Part shown: one piece after another, positions 55,088 to 64,000 of the stretch
How the letters are laid out: each line of letters starts with the position of its first letter
Position numbering within the stretch: position 1 is the stretch's first letter
Source of the DNA: Lepidodermella squamata
Lineage: Eukaryota; Animalia; Gastrotricha
Direction of reading: 5' to 3'
Assembly: GCA_047495785.1 (NCBI GenBank)
Contig: JBLDXI010000018.1
Location: forward strand, 434,001 to 498,000
Length of the DNA: 64,000 nucleotides
Translations under genes and position numbers: made by a program
Notes under the pieces: generated by a model
The model's input: the letters and a program-made list of their open reading frames with translations, nothing else
What the model was told of the DNA's origin: nothing
The model's database searches: none

Positions 55088-57099
55088 GCGACATCCAGCC
55101 AGCCAGCCAGCCAGCACCTGAGTCTACGTATACTTTTGCTGCATACTCTCTTTCACAGGACAACATCATCATGATCATCATTAGCGTTCAGCCAATCGCT
55201 AAAACTTTGATTTTACTTGAATAATGTATCATTTTTTATCGAGCGCTTTTTTCAGTGCGCGCGCGCGATTCAAGTCGCTTGGTAGTAACACTAATAGTGC
55301 GTCTGTCTATTGATGTTTGGCTGAAAGGGCCCAGCCATGACAACTAATTGAGCCGCTGCGTTAATTATTATTACGTTCTTGAGCGAGCGCCCTGAATAGA
55401 TTATAACTAGACTTGAGTGCGCATCACTGTATATTATTGTTGAAATACAACCAAGACTTGCTCGAAACAACCGGTTTGTCGTTATACTCACCCGCCGCCA
55501 TGTGATACCTAATATCTTTTCGATGTGTTGCTGTTTTAGAGAGCGTACAACATCATGATTTTATTTGTCTACGTCAATTATTTGTGGTAATACTATATTA
55601 TATACTTCTTCCAAACCCAGGTGATCGATCATGTCCCGTACAACTATCAATTTTTTAGTCTCTTTACTTTTCAACCGAAAAACCTTTGTTCATTGATGGC
55701 TCCTATTTATACAAAAACGTGAATAAAAAATATTGAGAAATCATCATGGAAGCCTTTTATGACCATTAATTCAACTGAAAGCATTAATCCACTCAGAAGC
55801 TAGATAGAAAAAAGCTGCAAGTTGGATCCAGTCAGAGCCTAGGTCAAAACACTTGAAAACTCAAATGAAAAACAAAATGTGAACTCATTTGTGATGCGAA
55901 CTGCGTGCAGGTGAACAAGTAAAAATTGATATGAGCCAGGGTTAATTAAGGCTAGGGCGTTCGAGGACTGAGCTATTTTCTTTATTTCTTTCTTCTTTCG
56001 TGGAGGCGGTTGAAGCGCGCGCGAAAACGTTGCTTTAGAAGCCGAATTACGATTTAATTTATATACCAGAATTTTTGTTTTCCTTTTGCGCGTCAGAAAA
56101 AATTTAATTAGGTGTTGCGGAATTTTTTCCTAATTTGGCGCGTGCGCGCGGGGCCCCGCGACGCGCGAGCGGAGCAGACCTCACCGCAGCGCGTACTACG
56201 TTTTTTGCTCATCGTATCCGTCGTTGTCCTTGCCGGTTTTAGGCGTGTGGTCCTTCTGGCACGGCCATGCTCGCTTCGCTCGCATGCCCGTGTCAGTATT
56301 TGTTATCATAATATTATTATTAATGATTACACGATGAATGCATACAAGCTCGCTTCGCTCGCTCACATAAACTACGTAAACTACTTGTTACGATTTCTGG
56401 TGATCCAATTTAGGGTTACTGCAGTTCATATGTTTTAGATTTCAATTGTTACTTTATCACAAGTTAGTATCTCATTTAGCCGACACCTGATGAGATGATG
56501 GTTGTGTTCTCGGCGATGCGCCACAGCGTCGATGGCGGCAAACAGCGAAACCACAACTTGCAACTACCTGAAACAAGTTGCTTCTTGGTTTTTCACTGAA
56601 CTCACTGAGAGTCAATGCAAACATAGCACTGTTCTTGGCAAGTCTACCCTTCAAGGTATGTTTCTTCAATAGTTTCTACAACTCGTAACTCGTAAGCTAG
56701 GTTGGCTAGGTAATGAAAATAAGTATTTTAAATAGCGACAATTTACATCGATTACTTAATTTTTATCTAGCACTCATTGACTTTGTAAAAAGTTGTAGCT
56801 TCAAGAGTTTTTAAATATTGATGTTGGAAAACAAAGCCGTATTACAAGCAGCCGAAAACTGCAGATAATGTTACTAGACTGGATATGTTTGATGTGTGAT
56901 AGAGAGAGCGAGATTTACTTATTCAAAGAGATCTTCGAATTCACATTGTGGCATCATTTGGGTCCAATTTCCCAACCATCACAACTCTTGCATGGTCGCA
57001 GCTTCTGCGTTTGTTACACTGCGAATTAGCTAGTTGCACACATGAACGACCTCGAGTAAATTGAGATTTGGCAACACGCGCTTCTTTAAATATAATGGG

Positions 57100-57360
57100 C
57101 TAGATGAACTAGTGCTGGGCCCACGTTACGCGCTTCAAACGCTTCAAGCGAAAACGACAGGATTTTGTGCCAAGTAATAGCCAGGTAGTTACACTCACGT
57201 CTACAACATTCGTACTATGTGACGACGCGACGCGGTACAAGCACTTCCATTGAGTCGTGCAATGGACCGTTTCGACCGACGCGATTTAACCGGTTATCCG
57301 AATCGACGACATTGTCTGCATCCGCTGCTTCAGTGTTAATGGGAGTGTCATTTACACTAA
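57100..57360 (+). pseudogene. Decayed copy of exon 1 of the OB-fold gene at 60955
   Basis: cacgtctacaacat..tgtgacgacg, ccggttat.c.aatcg.cgacat.gtctgcatccg.tgcttc..tgt.aatgggagtgtcat shared with 61070-61230; stops and indels. Confidence 0.85.
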
Positions 57361-57400
57361 CGGGAGAGTGTTGTAAAGGGTATCCTTGTATCATTCCTGC

Positions 57401-57541
57401 TAGACTGCTACTGATATGAAATTCGACGACGAGTTAGTGTCGGGCCTACATTACGCAGCCTCAAAGACGAATGTGGATTTTGTGCCAAGTTCGAGGTATC
57501 ATCTCAGATTTTCGGAAGCTAGAACGGCCAGGCGAGACCAC
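57401..57541 (+). pseudogene. Second decayed 5' fragment of the OB-fold gene
   Basis: actgcta...atatgaaattcga, tgtgccaagttcgagg, gattttcggaa.ct.gaacggcc.ggcga shared with 60942-61070. Confidence 0.85.
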
Positions 57542-57599
57542 ATTTGTTCTAGAGCTATCACTTGTTGAAATCGATGTCTGATTTGTTATCGCTCTATAT

Positions 57600-58030
57600 T
57601 ATTTTGTTTTACATCAGCTTTGAGATGTTAGGTTTTGATTTTGCGTAATCGAAAGCGGTGGACGTGCTAGAATTCCAAAATCGCTTATCAGTTTTAAATT
57701 TTACGTCAAAAATCATCAATCAACAAAGCTTACAGTGGTTTAACTCGAGATAACAGTGTCTGAGAATACGAACAGTGGTTAAGGCAGCCGCTGTCTGTTA
57801 TAGATCTATTAGATTTATTTTGTTTTACATCAACTTTGAGATTTCAGGGTCTGATTTCGCGTAATCGAAAGCGGTGGACGTGCTCGAGTCCCAGAATCGC
57901 TTATCAGCTTTAAATTTCCAATTTCTTCCGTCTTACAATCATAAATCACTAAGGCTAAAAGTGGTGTTACTCGAGCCAACAGTGTTACAAACAGTGGTTA
58001 AGGCAGCCGCTATTAATAATCTATTAGATT
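57600..58030. repeat. Tandem duplication, ~216-bp period, two copies
   Basis: tattttgttttacatca, gcgtaatcgaaagcggtggacgtgct and aacagtggttaaggcagccgct each occur twice. Confidence 0.9.
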
Positions 58031-60175
58031 CTTGTTAAAGTTTGTAGCAGGATGGGAATGTGCTGTGCAAAGTCTGAGCCATCATGTTAAAAACGCCCAT
58101 CTCAAAATAAGGACGATTTTGAGCAGCAGGCTACCAGTAAAGCAGGCTCCGTGAAAGTAGGAGTAAGTGAGAACTGTATCGCTTATCGTGAGCTTGTGTT
58201 CTTGAAGTTGACGACGACAGTTATTAGATCTTTGCGAGGTTCCATTGATTTCATCTGAGATATGTCTACTCTGATAAATGACATGTTATTCATCTGTTTG
58301 CTAGTTTTCTTTACTGTCAGCATTAGCAGCGAATTTCTGTTTTGTAGCGGCGAAAATTTCAAGCTTTTCAGCACCATTCAGGTCTAAATCAAAGTTGTTT
58401 CCGGAATGAACTGTTATATTTCATCGCAGCTGTTTTGTTGTTGTCTTGCTGTATTTTGAGAATTTTCACTGGAATGAACTAGACAACGCAAACATATAGC
58501 TTATCACCCTCAAACTTTAACGGAAGCTTTACGCTTTTTGTTTGACAGCTGCAGTTAACGAATTGGCGGATATAAAATTGGCGTTTGAGATAGATGCGTA
58601 AATAGTTAGTTATTAGGCCATCTACCAGTGGTTACCGTAATTGTATGAAGCCTTACTTACCAACTGCTTTGTAATTATTAAAAGTGTTCAATTCTTTTTA
58701 GACTCAAACCCACTGTGACGACGCTTTGAGGAAAGCAATGCGCCCGCTCCTTCACAACTCGCCTCTACTTGATCTACACCAGCAGCAGCAGCAACAGCGG
58801 TAGTACTAGATGCCGGTCAACGGGCTCAACGACAAGCCAACGCTATTCACGAGGAAAAATTGGAGGTTCAACCCGAAGAAGAAGAAGCTTTTTCAGTGCG
58901 AAGTGTCATCTCACGCCTTCAGCTGGCCTTTTTCACAAGTGTTGCAACGGTGCTAGTTGTCCCGAGAAGCAACTTTGAAAAAACATGCAAATTGTGCAAT
59001 TCAATTTATCGCTGTTTCACGCGCGCCTTTGATTGCCTTGTTACTTCTCGAGATTATTGTATGTTTTTATAACATCATAAAAAGTCGGAACGGTTCTTCT
59101 GTTTTTTCTGTTACGAGCCGCGGATTCGTGTTATTCTCTCATAATAAAAACCGTGTGAACTTTTAAAAGTGGCGCCTGTTGTTTTTGAGTTGTTCTTGCA
59201 CATTTGGTTAATATAGCGCGAGTTCGGATGTGCTGGTGACGAAGGAGCATCAGGTTGTTGCTGAAATCACCCACACAGCTGATAATTTATCTTGTACTAA
59301 ACTCGCACGGATCAACAACTTCATCAACTTTTCAACTCGCCGACGCCGCAGGTGACAGCTTTTTCATTTCTTCATGCTGTTTTTCACATGATTTATTATG
59401 CAAAAAGTGATTTGAAATACATACAAGAGTGACCCATTTTACCGAAGCCGGTACTATTGTTTGACCTGATAATAGACACGACAGGTGGGCAATAAAATTG
59501 ACGATGACCGCAATAAATCAATGTGAAATGCGAGAAAGGTCGGGTGGTGGCAAGGTGGATAACTACGCCTTTGGCAAGATGTTGACCTAATGAGCACTAA
59601 TTGCTGTTGTACCACGCTCAAGACTGATAACACTTCGATCTGACACGGGTCAGTTGGGTCATGTTGATGATTTTGAAGCCGTCCAGGGTAATGATAGTAT
59701 TATCAAGCATGGTTACTACCGATTGCGATTTTGCGGCAGAGAATACGGCGGTAACGATTTTTGATCTGTGCCATGCGCCACCGGTCGTGTATAGCAGTAA
59801 CTTGCGACTTGCGCGCAGTCGATTTTGCCGCAACCGAACGCTGCTGCACCGCGCGCGCAACACAGCAGTGTCATTAGCGGCGCGTCAAAAGCGCCTCGAG
59901 ACCGCGAAACTCCTCCTAGTCGTCGCCGCCGCCTCCGCTGTTGCTGCTGCTATTATAACATATTAACATTCCCTGAAACATTTCAGACGATACATTTTTA
60001 AGAGTTACGCGTTGCTGATCTAGCTCAATTTTTATTAGGTACTCGTTTACTTTTCAATTCTTCTAGACCCTCTTACTTTTGCAGCTACCTCGTATATTGT
60101 AGACGCGGAGACAAAAACTTGCCTCTAGACCTATAGATTTATATAACCGTGCCTTAAGAATATATCAATTTTGAA

Positions 60176-60792
60176 CAGTGGTTCGCATAACCATATTTTC
60201 CGATATATGCCGATATATTGCCTTTTATAAGGCCGAACGGCTCTTTCGAAGGCAGTTTCAGGATTTTTCATAATTTTTTCTAATTTCTAGCAAAATTTGC
60301 GTAAATCCGAATAGTAAATAGTCACATTTAAAAAATCTCGTTTCACTTTCAGTATTTCATCTTTCAACGCTTTTCGGACTACATATTATATGTACTTGGC
60401 TTTTTAGCTATGCCTGTTTTGTCATTTCAACTTCAAGGTCTAGGCAATATTTTAGGTTTCGGGCGCTTTTTGGGGGCGAATACTTTTTCGCTACGCTTAT
60501 AGCATTGATTTTTTTCTGATGCGCCTGCGCCCAAAGCCCAATCGTGGCCGGTGTGCTTTTATTTTCATATTTTATATTGAAATAATGAAACCATCAGCTC
60601 TCTCTTGATTTTTTTATAAATGCATTACATTTTCTTTACATTACCAAGGAAGGTAACTCTCATAAATAAATTTGAAACCAGTCTTTCGCTTATTTTCTTT
60701 GCTCAAAAACTCACTCAAAAACTTGAACTCTCAATTTTAGAGGCGTGCGGCCGTCATCAGCTGTGGCCGCAAAAATAGTTTGAGAATCACTG
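60176..60792. mobile_element. Older, inverted member of the same hAT family as 45275-46113
   Basis: aaaatagtttgagaatcactg and tagaggcgtgcggccg are exact reverse complements of the 45275 element's left-end sequences; flanks attttgaa/atttagag match 6/8. Confidence 0.75.
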
Positions 60793-60954
60793 ATTTAGAG
60801 CACTTTGCACTCGACCCGTCTTGGAATGTGAATTTTGATTAAGGCAGCCGTAATTCATTCGCTTTCACTTTTCCAGTTGCCTTTAAATTATTTTTTATCG
60901 ATTTGCGTAGAATTCTACTGTCATTTTGTGTATTTGTTCTACACTGCTAATAAT

Positions 60955-63353
60955 ATGAAATTCGATGAACTACAGCCGGGCCGATATTACGGCATAGAAG
61001 ACGGCGAGATGTTGTGCCAAGTTCGAGGCATATCCGATTTTCGGAAACTCGAACGGCCGGGCGACCACACGCACGTCTACAACATCGTGCTGTGCGACGA
61101 CGTGGCGCGGGCCGAGTGCTGCCTTCCAGCCGAGCGCTGGACTGTTTCCACCGACACAGTTTACCCGGTTATTCAAATCGGCGACATGGTCTGCATCCGA
61201 TGCTTCGCTGTAAATGGGAGTGTCATCCGCACTTACGTGCTGGAGCCCTTCCTCCCGGACGTGCCGTCCATGACGATGGAGGCTGGCGGCCTGAGCGACC
61301 CCGAGAGTCGAATGTCATTGGAGCTCAGGGCTGCCAATTCTCTTCAATGGATAAGTAGCCTCGAGAAGCCTATTCACCTGCAGCCGCTCGATTTCGCGCG
61401 CTATGCCGACGTGTACGGATTTCGTTGGATTTCGGAGGGCGAGCTCGAGGTCAACGTTAATATCCTCGGCCAGGTGACTCGTTTCACCGAGATCGGCGCC
61501 CACAACGTCACCGATTGCCTCGACAAGGTACGCGTCGTCGAACAAGCCGATCTTGTCGTTAGGTTCGGTGGCTACGAACGTGCCCGTATGTTCAACTTTT
61601 CAATGAAACTGGCTAATTTAATCGAGGAATTAGAATATGCTTTTATTATCTATAATACCCGATTATTTAGACTTCCATGCTCAATCTATATTCATTCTAA
61701 GCACATTATATAAGAATATAGAATTTTCGAATATAATTGAATAAGAACAAACGCTATAACATCAATTAATTCCATGTTTATCTCTCAGCTATGCGCATTT
61801 ATGGCGACAAGGAGTGTGCCCTTCTCAAGCGGGCAGTTGAGGATACCGTCAAGGTAGGCCTGCCGCTTTGGGTTTACATCACCCAAGCGCTCGTTCGGCA
61901 AGACCTGAGCTTATCGACTTGTGGCCGCACTATGTTCGCGTTCAGCAACTCGCGTCTGAGACATCTTGTAGCTACTATTGAAGACAACTTCCAGTTCCGC
62001 CGACCCGATAAGCCCCTTCCGCTGAAGCCGCGTGATGGCTCGCGCCGCCCCCCGACCGGGGCACGGGCACGAAGTTTTCAACTGCGGCCGTTTGGCGCGA
62101 TGCCGGAAATCGCGCAACCGGGCATCCACGAAAAGCTGGCCTACGCATTCGCCGCCCTCAACCCGCCTGATGTCAGCCGCGTTATCGGTGTCGGCTCCGC
62201 AGCCATGTTGACTGCTGCGTTGGCTGGGGACGACGTGTTGGGATGCATCAGGCTGGTCAACACACTCAACGAGCTGTTCGGCCTGAGTCAAGTTGCAGCA
62301 GCGCCAGCCGCAGCCGCGCCTGCCGCGGCAGTGCCTGCGCAACCACAAGATCAGCCGCCGCCGCCACCCCCGCCGCCGGCCGCGCCTGCTCCTCCTGCCG
62401 CTGCTCAAGGCCCCGTCGTCTTTGCCGCCGCCGCTGCTGCTGCTGCCGCTGCTCCTTCTGCATCTGCGGCGTCGTCTCAAGCCGGTCCTAGCCATCAACA
62501 GCTAGGACCATCGAACGCAACTGGTTTGTCGGCCCGTCAGCAGCCACCCAAGCGTACTGCAGGTGGTGAGCCTAAAAAACAACCGGCAAAGCGCGGTAGG
62601 AAACCTGCAACAAGCACAACCACAGCAGCACCGGCACCACCGACATCTCAAGCCGCCGCTCAACAACCGTCAACATCTTCGCAGATGCCGCCGCTGCCAC
62701 CGTCGACCAGTGCTGCCGCCACTACTGTTGCTGCCGCTGCCGATGCACCTTCGACCAGTGCTGACGACGGCGGAGCTGCTATTGCTGCTGCTGCTGCTAT
62801 CGCTTCAAACACAGTGTTGATTGCTCCTGGTTCCTGCGACTTCACCCTGCCGGCATTCGCCAACTTCCTGAAAGCCAATGGCCGCATTACCGCGCTCCGT
62901 CTCACAGACAAGGAACAATTCCTATTCAATCAGGTAATTTAACTGTTTTTATTTTACCTTCGCAAATAGTCGTCGATTGTTGATATAGTGTCATTTAACA
63001 TTGTTGTTTTAATGAACATTTTCAGGAAGTGATCTGTCGAGCTGCTCTTTTGGTCACGCGCGAGCGACTGGCTTATAACGTGCCAAACATCATGGGTGCG
63101 ATCGCGGTCTGCGCAGAGGCCGAGCATGGCGTCGCCTTCAGAGACGCCATTCGCAAAAAACTCGAATCCTATAAGCCGGCGGTCGTTAATACCGACAAAG
63201 TTCCGCAGCACGAAGGTGCGACTTTGCGCAAGGTAATTTTGTCGATTTTAAAACATCCCATTTTATTCTAAGCAATGTCTGTTTTTCTAGATCTACGAGG
63301 CCCACCTAAAATCGTTAACCCTTCCGCCCAAAAAATTGAACTTACCAAAGTAA
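60955..63353 (+). CDS. Uncharacterised protein with two putative RPA-like OB folds, Ala/Pro-rich linker and C-terminal helical domain; exons 60955-61585, 61789-62933, 63026-63232, 63291-63353 (~681 aa)
   Basis: Frame-consistent GT-AG exon chain (2046 nt); OB-like patterns KFDELQPG..LCQVRGISDFRKLER..VYNIVLCDD..IQIGDMVCI and VNILGQVT..MRIYG..LSLSTCGRTMF. Confidence 0.6.
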
Positions 63354-64000
63354 CTTCTTACTTCTTACTTCTTACTAAATTTTATTCCCTTCCTCACGTC
63401 TTCACGTCTTCCCTTCCTCTTTTCTGTTGTTTCCCGTTATCTCATGTAAATATAGCTCATATCATCTTTGGCCGTTTTGCGCCGTAGTATTAACATAATC
63501 ACAATTACTTCAATCCATCCATTCATCCATCCATACATCCTTCAATCCTTCAATCAACCACAATCACAACTCAATTCCTTTTTATATTGCGCCAAATGCA
63601 TCTTCTGTTCTTCGGATAGCTTTGTATTATTGCTTGAATTATGGTGTATATACTTATATCAATCCTTCTTTACACTGAAATTTTTCTTGATGAAAACACG
63701 TGTGGTACCTATGCGTACGGTATGTGGTATATGATGATGCAATAACTGTTGTAGTACAATAAATAATAATCGCATTTTTCCTAATAATTGTCGTATAATT
63801 TATTCCGTTATTTAGAAATTAAAAGGCTGAGTTTATAATGAGCAATATTGATATAGAGGAAAATACTATCGGTTAGTTTTCGGTTGCTTTACATAGAAAA
63901 CAAATTTGTAATTAATCTTGGAACTTTTTAGAGCCCGTAGCTGCTGCTTCATCTGTTGATTCGCACGAGGCATTTATGAAATGGCTGAAAGGTGACTATT

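Noticed and set aside
57600-58030. CRISPR-like repeat-spacer array
   Set aside because: Eukaryotic context and a simple two-copy tandem duplication without unique spacers
58700-59072. Exon-like segment with an Ala-rich run and Glu run
   Set aside because: In-frame stop and no clear homology to the neighbouring gene; may be a pseudogene fragment but unsupported
63932-64000. Additional exon of the OB-fold gene after ttttag
   Set aside because: Phase does not fit the available donor at 63350 and the window ends, so it cannot be assessed

Overview
Gene-dense eukaryotic (metazoan) genomic DNA with GT-AG spliceosomal introns; the taxon cannot be determined from sequence alone (an EFCAB6-like gene with an X-box promoter suggests a ciliated animal). 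I reconstructed 17 protein-coding genes by hand with frame-consistent exon chains: CDK9 (3' part), GATAD1, an F-box gene, BRK1 (missed by the ORF track), METAP1D, KIN17, ARID1/osa, WDR46, ANAPC7, BUD31, hnRNP L, SPT16, two tandem stomatins, GNPTG, EFCAB6-like and an orphan tandem-OB-fold protein. There are also hAT and Tc1/mariner MITEs and an RTE-like LINE remnant. Main unusual signals: (1) BRK1 stops 8 nt before the METAP1D AUG and its spliced CDS has no internal AUG, suggesting a true bicistronic mRNA read by leaky scanning or reinitiation; (2) housekeeping genes form co-oriented, operon-like clusters radiating from bidirectional promoters, with orphan splice acceptors (putative SL trans-splice sites) just before each AUG; (3) three ~55-nt miniature box C/D snoRNA paralogues sit in hnRNP L introns, plus a CA-rich candidate autoregulatory poison exon; (4) an uncharacterised RPA-like OB-fold gene is surrounded by decayed copies of itself; (5) the stomatins carry a flotillin-2-like MGNTCC acylation N-terminus. 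All homology calls are from motif recognition, not database searches.
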